From an uncultured Sphingobacteriales bacterium (GTDB taxonomy: Bacteria; Bacteroidota; Bacteroidia; Chitinophagales; Chitinophagaceae), in contig CAWBRY010000001.1 of the NCBI GenBank assembly GCA_963791295.1, forward strand, positions 1,271,039 through 1,335,038: a stretch of DNA of 64,000 bases. Direction: 5' to 3'. A program made the position numbers and the translations under genes. Below, piece after piece: positions 9,054 through 21,122 of this stretch. The notes beneath the pieces are model-generated. The model saw only the letters and a list, made by a program, of their open reading frames with translations, ran no database searches and was not told the DNA's origin. The stretch's first letter is position 1; each line of letters opens with the position of its first letter.

Positions 9054-10352
9054 CTATTTTGACTTGCCCTTGGCCAGGGAATGGTCAAGTTTCCCAGACG
9101 TCTCTGCCATGTCGGGTATGTCGTCTGCTTTATAGGCGCCAGCATCCAGTTTTTTCTTCGTCTCTTCAAAGGCATTCAGGGTGGCTTCAATTTCTTCATC
9201 CGTATGAAGGGCTGTCGGTATAAGACGGTAAATGATGTTGCCTTTAGGGATGACCGGGTAAACGACGATGGAGCAGAATATGTGATAATTTTCCCGGATA
9301 TCCATGACCATCGCAGTCGCTTCCTCCAGGCCGCCACGCAAATACACCGGCGTAACTACTGAATCCGTTTTGCCGATATCAAATCCTTTTTGCTTAAGAC
9401 CTTGCTGAAGCTTTCGCGCATTGGCCCACAATTTCTCTTTCAATTCAGGTCTTGTTCGAAGCAAGTCCAGGCGTTTTAGGTTGCCAATCACGAGAGGCAT
9501 GGGCAGACTTTTCGCAAAGATCTGCGAGCGTATATTATAGCGAATGTAATCGATAATGTCGCGATCACCTGCAATGAATGCACCAATAGATGCCATCGAT
9601 TTAGCGAACGTGGAGAAATACAAATCGATGCGATCCTGGCAACCCTGCTCTTCACCCGCCCCGGCACCCGTTTTGCCCAAGGTGCCAAATCCGTGAGCAT
9701 CGTCGAGCAATATGCGAAATTCATATTGGTCCTTGAATGCTGCGATCTCTTTTATTTTTCCCTGGTCGCCCGCCATTCCAAATACGCCTTCGGTGATCAC
9801 CAAAATACCACCAGCTTTTTGTTTATCTATGATTGCGGTAGCTCTTTGCAACTGTTTTTCAAAATCCACCACATCATTGTGTTTATATACGAACCGATGT
9901 CCGGGATGAAGGCGAAGGCCGTCGATGATACAGGCATGACTTTCCGCATCATAAACGATAACATCATGGCGACTGCAAAGAACATCAATGGTGCTCACCA
10001 TCCCCTGGTATCCATAGTTGAGCAGGATCGCATCTTCCTTCATTTCAAAAGCTGCGAGTTCCGCCTCCAACTTTTCGTGGAGGTCAGTATTCCCACTCAT
10101 CATTCGTGCTCCCATCGGCGAAGCAAGGCCATATTGACTAGCTCCCTGGGCGTCGGCATCTCTCACCTCAGGATGATTCGCCAGTCCTAAATAATTGTTG
10201 AGACTCCAAACGATCATCTCCTTACCCCTAAACTTCATTCTGCTTCCAATCTCACCTTCTAATTTGGGAAAAGCAAAATATCCATGCGCCCTTGCACGAT
10301 GCTGGCCAATGGGTCCCGCATTTTTCAATAAACGTTCAAAAATGTCAGCCAT
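9054..10352 (-). CDS. Alpha-oxoamine synthase family PLP enzyme (Kbl/BioF/serine-palmitoyltransferase-like)
   Basis: Intact 432 aa. NNYLGLANHPEV, LDDAHGFG and STFAKSMASIGAF (PLP-lysine context) are typical of the Bacteroidota SPT/cysteate-acyltransferase-like clade. Confidence 0.85.
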   Translation of the reverse strand: MADIFERLLKNAGPIGQHRARAHGYFAFPKLEGEIGSRMKFRGKEMIVWSLNNYLGLANHPEVRDADAQGASQYGLASPMGARMMSGNTDLHEKLEAELAAFEMKEDAILLNYGYQGMVSTIDVLCSRHDVIVYDAESHACIIDGLRLHPGHRFVYKHNDVVDFEKQLQRATAIIDKQKAGGILVITEGVFGMAGDQGKIKEIAAFKDQYEFRILLDDAHGFGTLGKTGAGAGEEQGCQDRIDLYFSTFAKSMASIGAFIAGDRDIIDYIRYNIRSQIFAKSLPMPLVIGNLKRLDLLRTRPELKEKLWANARKLQQGLKQKGFDIGKTDSVVTPVYLRGGLEEATAMVMDIRENYHIFCSIVVYPVIPKGNIIYRLIPTALHTDEEIEATLNAFEETKKKLDAGAYKADDIPDMAETSGKLDHSLAKGKSK

Positions 10353-10422
10353 AGTTATCTTTTGATTTTCGTTCTTTTCTCACGGTAGTTTTGATCAAAA
10401 AAACTGGCGCAAAGGTAAGGGA

Positions 10423-11142
10423 TCATCCCAGGTTTAGCACATCGGACATCGTAAAAACTCCTTTCTTAAGATGGATGTATTCGGCTGCCAGGACGGCTCC
10501 AAATGCAAAACCTTTCCGGTTATGCGCGGTATGGATGATCTCGATATCGTCGATTGCAGAGGAATACCGAACATTATGAGTGCCGGGATTTGGATCAATG
10601 CGTTGACTAATGATCTCCAGGTCTTCGGGATTATCACTTAATTCATTTACCCATCGCTTCTTTCTCTCTAATACTTCCAGTACTTGTTCCGCAAAACTAA
10701 TGGCAGTACCGCTGGGAGCATCTTTTTTTTGTGTATGATGAATTTCTTCCAGGATCACTTCATAATCTTCCCGGGCCGACATAAGAGAAGCGAGCTTTTT
10801 ATTTACCTCAAAGAAAATATTTACGCCGACGCTGTAATTACTCGAATAAATAAATGAACCATTTTGTTGGCGACAGAGATTTTTTACTTCGTCCATTTTT
10901 TCTGTCCATCCCGTCGAGCCAGAAACAACGGGAATTCCATAGTTCAGACAGTTTTTAATATTTTCAAAAGCGCTTTGAGGACCCGTGAATTCGATTGCCG
11001 CATCGGCCTTTGCCAGATTTTCTTTAGTGAGATCCTGGAGATTTGGAAGATCGATCTTTAATACAATGGAGTGTCCTTTTTTTATAGCAGTTTCTTCAAT
11101 GGCCTTACCCATTTTCCCATACCCAATAAGCGCGATCTTCAT
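10423..11142 (-). CDS. dapB: 4-hydroxy-tetrahydrodipicolinate reductase
   Basis: MKIALIGYGKMGK Rossmann start and EEIHHTQKKDAPSGTA active-site motif. The track ORF extends to 11181, but the canonical start is the ATG at 11142. Confidence 0.9.
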   Translation of the reverse strand: MKIALIGYGKMGKAIEETAIKKGHSIVLKIDLPNLQDLTKENLAKADAAIEFTGPQSAFENIKNCLNYGIPVVSGSTGWTEKMDEVKNLCRQQNGSFIYSSNYSVGVNIFFEVNKKLASLMSAREDYEVILEEIHHTQKKDAPSGTAISFAEQVLEVLERKKRWVNELSDNPEDLEIISQRIDPNPGTHNVRYSSAIDDIEIIHTAHNRKGFAFGAVLAAEYIHLKKGVFTMSDVLNLG

Positions 11143-11177
11143 TCCGGTTTTTATATTGCAAGATAAGTTATCCAATT

Positions 11178-11660
11178 TCACCTCGACCGGTTCCTTCCTA
11201 AATTTAAGACCAGACTCAGTCCATTGGTGCCGGCCATCTCACTATGCCCTGGCTTGATCTTCAAACTTAAGCCAGGACTTACATCAAACGATTTAAGATG
11301 AGCATCCACTGTTGCATCAACGACATTCAATCCCCACATCACTATAAATAGGAGGGCAGAAAAATCGATATCGCGTCGAAATTGGTTTCGATAAAAGCGC
11401 AGCGATTCCTCGCTGAGCGGCTGCAGCACTTCTTTGATACTTGAATACAAGGCTGAATCAGTCCCGTTTACGCGCATATTATACTTCACCTTGTAAGCAA
11501 ATCGTGTATCGCGATAATTATCGAGATTATAGAAGAAGATGCCGGCACTGATCCCCATGGCGGCATATACGATGGGTAACTTCCAATATTTCTTGTTATA
11601 GATCTGTCCCAGTCCCGGAAAGGTCGCAGAAAGAAGAGCAGCTCTTCTTGGACTATGCAC
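11178..11660 (-). CDS. DUF5683-like membrane protein (Bacteroidota ParB-linked)
   Basis: LLSATFPGLGQIYNKKYWKLPIVYAA motif. A signal-peptide-like extension (TTG at 11784: MTKHRKIFLLLILSFFFTTIIAAQ...) is in another frame and joins through the T8 run at 11679-11686. The gene is therefore probably 11178..11784 with one homopolymer frameshift. Confidence 0.7.
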   Translation of the reverse strand: MHSPRRAALLSATFPGLGQIYNKKYWKLPIVYAAMGISAGIFFYNLDNYRDTRFAYKVKYNMRVNGTDSALYSSIKEVLQPLSEESLRFYRNQFRRDIDFSALLFIVMWGLNVVDATVDAHLKSFDVSPGLSLKIKPGHSEMAGTNGLSLVLNLGRNRSR

Positions 11661-11776
11661 TTTTACCTTGACTGAATCTTTTTTTTGCTGTGGTTGAGTC
11701 GGGATGGTTTTCCTGCGCCGCTATTATTGTAGTAAAGAAAAAGGAAAGAATGAGTAATAAAAATATTTTTCGGTGT

Positions 11777-12701
11777 TTAGTCAACTGAAATAGCTATTTG
11801 CCCAAGTATCTTATTCAGTTCTTCCTGCGAGTAATATTCGATCACGATCTGTCCGCTGCCATTCCTGCTCTGCTTGAGTTTTACCCGGGTACTGAAATGA
11901 GATGCTAATTTATCTTCAATTCGCTGAAAGGAAGAAGGCAGGTGACTTTTTAAGGATTTTTTAATTCCTCCGGCCGATGCGCCTTGTTTGTAGAGGTTTC
12001 TACCAGCGCTTCTGTCTGGCGGACAGAAAGCCTTTTTCTTTTATTTCATTAAAAATATACAACTGCTTATCAATCGTATCGACATTGACAGTGCCCTTGC
12101 ATGTCCCATGCTGAGTTCTCCACTCCTTAATGCCAATTGAATATCGGGAGGTAGCTTTAGCAAGCCGGATGAAATTGGCCACCGTGCTACGGTCCTTGCC
12201 CATTCTTTCAGCGACTTGTTCCTGGGTATAGTTCAATTCATCCATCATCCTTTTATAGCTAAGTGAAATTTCCATGGCATTGAGGTCTTCGCGTTGCAGG
12301 TTTTCCAGTAAGGCGAGTTCCAGCAACTGGGAATCATTTGCCTGGCGTACATAGGCAGGGATATCTTTAAGGCCGGCCATTTTTGCTGCTCTCCAGCGCC
12401 GTTCACCGGCAATGAGGCGATATTTTCCGGATGGAAGTTTCGAAACAGTAACCGGTTGAATGATATCATGTAGTTGAATCGAGTTGGCCAGTTCTTTCAA
12501 CGCATTTTCATCAAAACCTGGCGTGGTTGTTTGGGATTGGGCTCAATCTCCTCGATTGCAATACGGTTGGTATTGGTTGCATTTTCAACCACATTGGCTT
12601 TCAGTTGGCCGCTGCTGGTCTTTAAGATCGGCATCAATACTTTGCAATAAGGAACGAATTCCTTTACCCAAGGCTTCTTTATCTTGTTTGGACGTGGTCA
12701 T
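11777..12701 (-). pseudogene. parB: Chromosome partitioning protein ParB, frameshifted as sequenced
   Basis: MTTSKQDKEALGKGIRSLL..., LIAGERRWRAAKMAGL, and an HTH (YTQEQVAERMGKDRSTVANFIRL then LKLPPDIQ in another frame). At least 4 frame changes. The C-terminus ...QIVIEYYSQEELNKILGQIAISVD* ends at 11777. Confidence 0.85.
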
Positions 12702-12702
12702 C

Positions 12703-13509
<807 letters not shown>

Positions 13510-13567
13510 TTATTCTCTAGCCATGATAACCTGGTAAAATTGTCGCCTATCGTAAGACCGCAAAATT

Positions 13568-13575
13568 TAGTTTTG
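13568..13575 (+). promoter_or_regulatory. Candidate -7 box (TAnnTTTG)
   Basis: TAGTTTTG lies about 60 nt upstream of the ATG at 13636, in the divergent parA/phosphoesterase intergenic region. Confidence 0.25.
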
Positions 13576-13635
13576 CCCATTTGGGGATGAGATTAACACA
13601 CAATAGTTAATGATTTAAAGAATCTTAATTGCAAT

Positions 13636-14968
13636 ATGCGCAACTCTTCTTTCTGGTGGATTCTCATCGGGTTTATGGTGTTGTTGGATTTTTATTTTTT
13701 CCAGGGTATCAAAGTGGTTTCACAATCCAGTAAGTCCAAGAACCAAAGTTATCATCGCTATCATATATTGGGTCGTTTCAATTGCTGCTATCGTGACATT
13801 GTTAATACTTCCTTATCTGCAATTCGAGCACCAGGCAAAAGTTTTTCGAACGACCATTTTTGCCATCATCGCCGGTTTATTTTTCGCAAAGGTTATTGGC
13901 TCTGTATTCCTGTTGGTGGATGATCTGCGGCGGCTCATTCAGTGGATAGCCGGAAAATTCTTTTTTCCAATACAGAAGGGGAAACCATGCAGCAGGGCAA
14001 CGGTATTTCCCGTTCCGTATTCCTAACCTGGGCAGGCATGATCGTCGGGTGGTGGATTGTTTGGATCATTGGTCTGGGGTTTTAGCAATAAATACCGTTA
14101 TCAGGTGAGAAGGGTTAAGCTCCATTATCCGAACCTTCCGGAGCTTTCGAGGGATTGAAGATCGTTCAGATCTCTGATATTCATTCCGGCAGCTTTACCA
14201 ATAAAAAAGCGGTTATGCGAAGGGGTTCAGAAGATAGTTGATGAAAAACCCGACATCGTTTTTTTTACCGGCGACCTGGTGAATAACGTAGCGGACGAGA
14301 TGCAAGAATATATGGATGTATTTGATCAAGATAACGGCTCCGATGGGAGTTTATTCAACACTGGGCAATCATGATTATGGAGATTATGTTCAATGGAATA
14401 CTCCGGCAGGAAAAGCATGCTAATCTCGAATAAATTAAACAAGATCCATGCTCAACTTGGTATGGCGATTGCTGATGAATGAACATGTGGTATTGGAAAG
14501 AAATCTATTCCGGGGAAGCTCACCTCAAACGGAGGAAAAGGAACTGAGAAAATTGCCGTGCTGGGTGTCGAAAACTGGAGTGCCATGGCCAGGTTTCCAA
14601 AGTATGGAGATCTGAGAAAAGCGCATGCAGGATCCGAAGCGTATCCGTTTAAGATATTGTTGAGTCATGATCCTTCTCATTGGAAGGCCGAAGTTTGTAA
14701 ATCATTTCCCGATATCGATCTGATGCTGGCCGGACATACACATGGTATGCAGTTTGGAGTAGAGATTCCCGGATTTAAATGGAGTCCGGTCCAATATATT
14801 TATAAGGAGTGGGCGGGGCTATATGAAAAAAATACTTCTTGCCATGAGGCATCCAATGGAAAACCAGGAAATGGACAGAAACTCTATGTGAACAGGGGAT
14901 ATGGGTTTATTGGTTATCCAGGAAGGGTGGGCATCTTGCCGGAAATCACCGTTTTAGAATTGGTTTGA
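13636..14968 (+). pseudogene. Membrane-anchored metallophosphoesterase (YkuE-like), frameshifted
   Basis: N-terminal TM helices (13636-14026 pieces). IVQISDIHSGSF-type motif is readable near 14160-14200. The C-terminal piece has LLSHDPSHW...MLAGHTHGMQF...VNRGYGF. Several frame changes. Confidence 0.75.
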
Positions 14969-15133
14969 TCTTATTACTGACTAACTATCGATATATTAAA
15001 CTTTTATTTAGCCTCTTAGTCTTAAAACCTGCTCCGGAACTGCCAAGATGCTCTGAAAGCCCGAATACGACTGCCACATGATCAAAAAAGGATAGATAAT
15101 CTTGGTCTTTCTTATGCAGGGACGAATGGGTTT

Positions 15134-16111
15134 ATGCCAGCAAAACCCGTCCGATTCAGCCAGTTCCTACCAAGTGAAGAGATCAGCGATATCGATACCC
15201 TGGACTATGAATCATTGTTCCAGGACTTCGATGCGTTTATGGATTCGATCCTCTCGCCACATAGCTATTTTCTCGCAAGTGTATCGGTCGGCAAAGGCTA
15301 TTTCAATTTTGAAAGAAAAGGCATGCGCGGTCCTCGAAACATCGAAAAGGATAACTTATTCGCCAACTCTTGGTTATTTTGATCAAAGTGGCGTTGGCAT
15401 TGAGTGCTATGGGTTATATTGTGAACGACAAGGCCAATATGAATTTTTATCAGTTTTCCATATCGCCATCGTTCGATTATCTGCAAAATAAAGATTTTGC
15501 TACAGGATTTTCTTACTCGCGATACTTTACCAAGGATTCGTTACCTTTTTATACTTCTCCTCTGGAAAATGAATTGTATGCTTATTTTACCTATCGTAAA
15601 TGGTGGATGAGCCCGAGTGTTTCGATGAGCTATGGATGGGGAAGCCGTTCCGATTATATGAAAAGAGAAGAACTGATTCAATCCCTTCGCTTGCGTCCCA
15701 CGGGGCTTTACATATATCAATACCCGTGAGTCAGTCGCCGATTTTTCAATCATGGCTTCGGTTCGACATGATTTTTATTGGCTCGATGTACTGACTTATA
15801 ATGACCATATCCGTTTCACTCCCCAGGTTTCTTTTACCAGCGGTACACAAAAATTTGGCTTTAATCAGTCGTCGGGGACCTATGCCACCACGCTGATCCG
15901 AACCGGCACCAATGTGCTGTTCAATACAGAAGATGTTTTCCTGGATGACCAGATCGATTTTCAACCATTATCGTTGACGATGTATTTCCGGGGCGAGTAT
16001 TCGATTGGGAAATTTTTTATCCAACCTCAATTTATGATGGACTATTATTTCCCCTCTTCGAATAATAATTTCAATTTGCTATTTTCCGTGAATGCCGGCT
16101 TTCTATTCTGA
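15134..16111 (+). pseudogene. Hypothetical outer-membrane beta-barrel-like protein, fragmented
   Basis: Three consecutive ORF pieces in different frames (15134-15382, 15370-15729, 15752-16111). Aromatic-rich alternating strands with a C-terminal ...VNAGFLF*, typical of an OMP terminus. Family not recognised and the start is uncertain. Confidence 0.35.
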
Positions 16112-16303
16112 TTTTTGAAAACCTTCACAACTTTCCCGCAATAATCAAAAGGAATTTATAGTTTTTAACACGCATATCCTTAATTGTCATCGCAGTTAAA
16201 AAATTTAACAGGCTCAACGGCTTACTGGCATTAAAATTGAATTTTCTTTACCTCCTGGAAATCTTACGATAGTTGAAGGGTGTGGATCAAAAACTAAAAA
16301 TAT

Positions 16304-16895
16304 ATGAAGACTAAAATTCACCGCATTATTGATCGCTGCATTGGCATTTTCACAAGCAATGATGGCGCAGTTTCACATCGGATTAAAAGGTGGTGCCAAC
16401 ATCATCAAGGTAGATGGCAGATCATTTAAAGATGAATTCCGGTACGGATATCACCTCGGAGGTTTCGTGGAACTTGGGATTGGGAGATAAATTAAGCTTC
16501 CAACCTGAGGTATTGTTCAATCAGTACTCAACTACGGTTGACAGTAATTTCAACACATCTATCAGAACGTTTTCAATCCTTCTTATCAAAGTAACGTAAA
16601 GCTGAATTATTTGTCGATTCCGCTCCTATTGAATTATAAATTGATCGGCCCACTTTCTATCCAGGCAGGTCCTCAATTCGTGTATCTGATCGATAAGAAC
16701 AAAACCTTGCTGGAGAATGGCGGTAATGCTTTTAAGAACGGAGATTTTTCAATGCTGGCCGGTGCACAATTAAAATTGAGCGCTATTGCGTGTAACCGGC
16801 CGCTATGTGATCGGATTAAATAATATCAATGACATCGATAACCAGGACAAATGGAAATATCAGGGTTTCAGTTATCCCTTGGATTGGCCTTATAG
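16304..16895 (+). pseudogene. Porin-family/OmpW-like small outer-membrane beta-barrel protein, frameshifted
   Basis: Reconstructed sequence: MKTKI...AQFHIGLKGGANI...FRYGYHLGGFVELGIGDKLSFQPEVLFNQ...LNYLSIPLLLNYKLIGPLSIQAGPQFVYLI...GDFSMLAGAQLKL...GRYVIGLNNIND...QGFQLSLGLAL*. At least 4 frame changes. Confidence 0.65.
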
Positions 16896-16915
16896 AATTC
16901 ATTTATCTATGAATC

Positions 16916-16945
16916 AAATCCCTTCCTTTCGAAGGGATTTTTTTT
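16916..16945 (+). terminator. Rho-independent terminator
   Basis: AATCCCTTC/GAAGGGATT perfect 9-bp stem, 5-nt loop, followed by a T-run. It starts 21 nt after the porin stop. Confidence 0.7.
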
Positions 16946-17127
16946 CGCCCTTGAGTCGTTGGGCCTGGAAAACTTGGCAGCGAAGAACTACTCTTTTTTC
17001 CGACGTGGAATATTTTTTTTATCACCTAATCCATTAAGGGATACCCAAATGTGAGGGTTTTTGACTTTTCAATTCAATTCTTCCCCATTCCAGCGGGCAC
17101 GATACTTGACTACTATTTATTCCTTTG

Positions 17128-17135
17128 TATTTTTG
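17128..17135 (+). promoter_or_regulatory. Candidate -7 box (TAnnTTTG) upstream of lon
   Basis: TATTTTTG lies 53 nt upstream of the first in-frame start at 17188. Confidence 0.3.
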
Positions 17136-17187
17136 CCCTTGCGGCCCTGCCGTGACAGATTGTCTAAACTAAGATTGGTAATGACTT

Positions 17188-19593
17188 TTGAAAAATATTA
17201 TCCAGCGCTCCGAAGACGAGATGGATTTTTTGCCTATTATTCCCCTGAATGAATCCGACCAGGAAGATACTGATGGGATCGATGTTCCGGCCCATATCCC
17301 CTTGCTTCCCCTACGCAATACGGTGCTTTTTCCCGGTGTGGTGCTTCCGATCACTGTCGGCCGGGATAAAAGCATCAAGGCAGTCAACGATGCGTATAAA
17401 GCTGATAAGCTGATTGGGGTGGTTGCACAAAAAGACAGCAACATTGAAGATCCCGGAATTACAGACCTGGAGGATATCGGTACCATTGCCAAGATTGTGA
17501 AGCTGATTAAGATGCCGGATGGGGGAACTACCATCATCATCCAGGGGAAAAGCCGATTCATGATCGAAGCGATTATTGAAGAGGAACCTTATTTCAAAGC
17601 AAAGATCAGAAAACTGGAAGAAGAGGAATCGCCCAAAGACGCCAACTTTGATGCTTACATCGCAACGATTAAAGATCTGGCGACTGAAATTGTACAGCTT
17701 TCTCCCAATATCCCAACCGAAGCGTCGATCATACTTCGCAATATCGAAAACCCTTCCTTCCTCATCCATTTTGTTTCCAGTAACCTCAATACTGACATTA
17801 AAGACAAGCAACGTTTGCTGGAATTGAATCAGATCCGGCAGCGGGCAGACCTGCTGATGCAATTATTGCAAAAGGAATTGCAGTTTGCAGAGTTGAAAAA
17901 TAAAGTAACGACGAAGACAAGGACAGAACTGGATAAGCAGCAACGGGAATATTTCCTTCAACAGCAAATGAAGAGTATTAAGGACGAATTGGGAGGTGAT
18001 AGCTAATACGCAGGAGATAAAAGAGATGCAGAAGAAAGGCGATGCAAAAAAATGGCCGGCGACTGCGAAAGAACTTTTCAAGAAAGGAATTGAGAAACTG
18101 GAAAGGATGCATCCCAGCACGCCTGATTTTTCTGTTGTATATAATCACCTCGACCTGATGCTGGAACTTCCCTGGGAAGAATATACCGAGGATCGGTATG
18201 ATCTGAAGAAAGCCAAGAAAGACGCTGGACATTGATCATTATGGGATGCATAAGATCAAAGAAAGGATTTTGGAATATCTGGCCGTACTTAAATTGAAGG
18301 GCGATATGAAAAGCCCGATACTTTGTTTCGTTGGTCCTCCGGGAATAGGCAAGACCTCGCTTGGCAGGAGCATTGCCAATGCGATTGGAAGAAAATATGT
18401 GCGGTTGAGCCTGGGCGGCTTGCACGATGAAAGCGAGATCCGCGGCCACCGGAAGACCTACATCGGCGCTATGCCTGGCAGGATTTTGCAATCCATCCGA
18501 AAGGTAAAGATCATCCAATCCGGTGATGATCCTGGATGAGATCGATAAGGTGGGAAATGATTTTCGCGGTGATCCCAGCAGTGCACTTGCTGGAAGTACT
18601 GGATCCCGAACAGAATCATACTTTCTATGATAACTACCTGGAAATGGAGTATGACCTGAGTAAAGTATTATTCATTGCGACGGCCAATAATGTTCAGAAC
18701 ATTCAGCCGGCATTGCGAGACAGACTGGAAATCATCGACCTGAGTGGATATGCTGTCGAAGAAAAAATTGAGATTGCGAAGCGTCACTTTGTTCCCCGGC
18801 AGAAAGACTTGCATGGTTTGAAAAGCAGCAATTTCAAGATCAAATGATAAAGTATTGGAAAAGATTATCCAGGATTACACCCGGGAAAGCGGGGTACGCG
18901 AATTGGAAAGGCAATTGGCTTCTATCATGCGATACCAGGCAAAGCAATGGCAATGAAAGGGAAGATTAAAATCATCCATGACCGTACACGACATAGAAAG
19001 ATTAATTGGCAAACCAAGATATAGCAATGAAATCTATAAAACCGCGAATATGGCTGGTGTTGCGATCGGATTGGCCTGGACCTATGTGGGAGGGGAAATC
19101 TTATTTATCGAAACAAGCCTGAGCGATGGCAAAGGAGAATTGAAATTAACCGGCAATCTGGGTAATGTGATGAAAGAAAGTGCGAGCACGGCTTTGACTT
19201 ATCTTCAATCCAATGCAAAAAAATACGATCTGGATTCGGTTCTCTTTGAAAAGAAAAACATTCATATTCACGTACCGGAGGGAGCCGTTCCGAAAGATGG
19301 CCCCAGCGCCGGAATCACTATGATGACTGCTATCAGCTTCAGCGCTCACAGGAAAAAGAGTAAAACCGTTTCTCGCCATGACGGGAGAGATCACTTTGCG
19401 AGGACAGGTGCTGCCTGTCGGAGGCATCAAGGAAAAAGTGTTGGCAGCAAAACGTGCAGGTATGAAAGAAATTATTCTCTGCTGGCAAAATGAAAAGGAT
19501 GTGGATGAGATAGAATCAGAGTTCATCAGAGGAATTAAATTCCACTATGTGAAAACGATGAACCAGGTGATTGATCTGGCGCTGATCGAATAA
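17188..19593 (+). pseudogene. lon: ATP-dependent Lon protease, frameshifted as sequenced
   Basis: Pieces start at 17188, 17996, 18246, 18536, 18978 and 19378, in changing frames. Motifs: LPLLPLRNTVLFPGVVLPITVGR (LON N-domain), [15 protein letters not shown] (Walker A), [15 protein letters not shown] (catalytic Ser). At least 6 frame changes. Confidence 0.9.
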
Positions 19594-19656
19594 AGTAATA
19601 CAACACTCTCTCGGTAGCAGGAATTTGCTTTTTCATTTCGATCGTAAAATAGTTTT

Positions 19657-20974
19657 TCATTTCTTCTTCAAATCGTTGTTCGTGTAGTCTGTATAAATGT
19701 CTTTTTTCTGCTGCAACATTTCCTGCACTTTAGGATCTGTTTTTGGAACGAATTCGATGATCAGGAAGCGGGTCAATCCCGCAAATAATTTCGCAATAAG
19801 TCGTAAAGAAATATTTTTTCCAATAGCCAGGTGATGTATCAAAGCAAGAGCCAGCACCATGTCAACACGAAGCCGTGAGAGAAAAGAATCTCTTTCTTTA
19901 TTATTGACTCCAATTGCCGGAGAAGGATTCGCAAAGTCCATGATCAGCGGCTGAATATTTTTTTCACCGTTATTCCTGATTTGATGGTAAAGATTATTGA
20001 TACAAACAGGATCGAGGTCGGCCGCAATCACCTGGATCTTTCTCTCAGAAAGAAAGCGTGAAAACTCGCCTTCATTTGCACCCAGGTCAGCAGCTAAAGA
20101 AATGGGGCCTGATTTATCCATCCATTCCTGGATGATATTTTTCTTTTGCTCTAAGTAGTCATTCCGTTGTGATGCTTCCTCATAATATTCCGACCAGGTT
20201 GTTTGTTGATCAGGAGCCTTCAATTGATGGAGGAGTATTTCCAGGCTTTGCACAGGTTAAGTAGTTTTTGTTTGGAGAATTTTATCTTCCTTTTTTCCCC
20301 GGCTTTTTTTTTTTGCTATGCCTCCATGCAATCTGATATGTAGATAGGTATGAAGAGAGAATCGGCTTCTCCACGGAAGGAATGATTTGGCGATGGATAG
20401 AGGAATTCCGTTCGGGTATGCGAGCGATAATCGTTGTAAGGATTCTTACTATAATGCATCAACACCAGCGGCGAAAGAAAACATTCGCAAATTGCCGGTA
20501 AGCGATCCAGGGATCTTCTTCCCGGTATATTTTCAAAGGAGAGTGTATCAATAAAGACGAGCTTTCCCTTATGCCATTGAACATTATAAGGAGTGGCATC
20601 CTTCAATACAAGTCCGAAATTCAAAGCTTCTTTCAGCAAATCAAGCGTGAGCAAAGCCGCATCTTTCAGCATATCGAACGACCATTCATAAGGATAGCTG
20701 ATAAAGTGGAGTCTTTTCCGGCTTCAGGGTCAGATACCATCCGGTTGAACCGGTCAGGTTTTGCTGGATGGTTTCATGAGGAACGAGCAATCCCTTTATC
20801 ACCATGGATTGATAGCATCCGCTGCTGATGAAAAGATCAAAGTCGTTCGCTGAAAACCTTATTGACTTGCCGTGTAAAGATGCCCTTCCTTCTCAAAAAT
20901 AAACCCGAGGGATCGCGATAGGAGGATGAGTGAGTAGGCAACGGTAAGTTGACATCAGGCCTGTGGGTTATCAT
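19657..20974 (-). pseudogene. Class I SAM-dependent methyltransferase with N-terminal extension, frameshifted
   Basis: The C-terminal 198-aa piece has the AdoMet motif LAADLGANEGEFS...VIAADLD. The upstream pieces (20316-20672 and on to the ATG at 20974: ...YRDPSGFIF...) are in other frames. One break coincides with the T11 run at 20304-20314. Confidence 0.7.
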
Positions 20975-21122
20975 TGTCGGCTTTTTTCCGAACGAGTGAA
21001 AATGGATTTCACATATATGCGAACGTTCCGGAAGAAAAAACCAACTCCCAATACTGCTGCGATAATCACCTGTACGAGATAACTCCCGCTTCCCGGATCA
21101 ATGTACAAAAGCCAATGATGCA

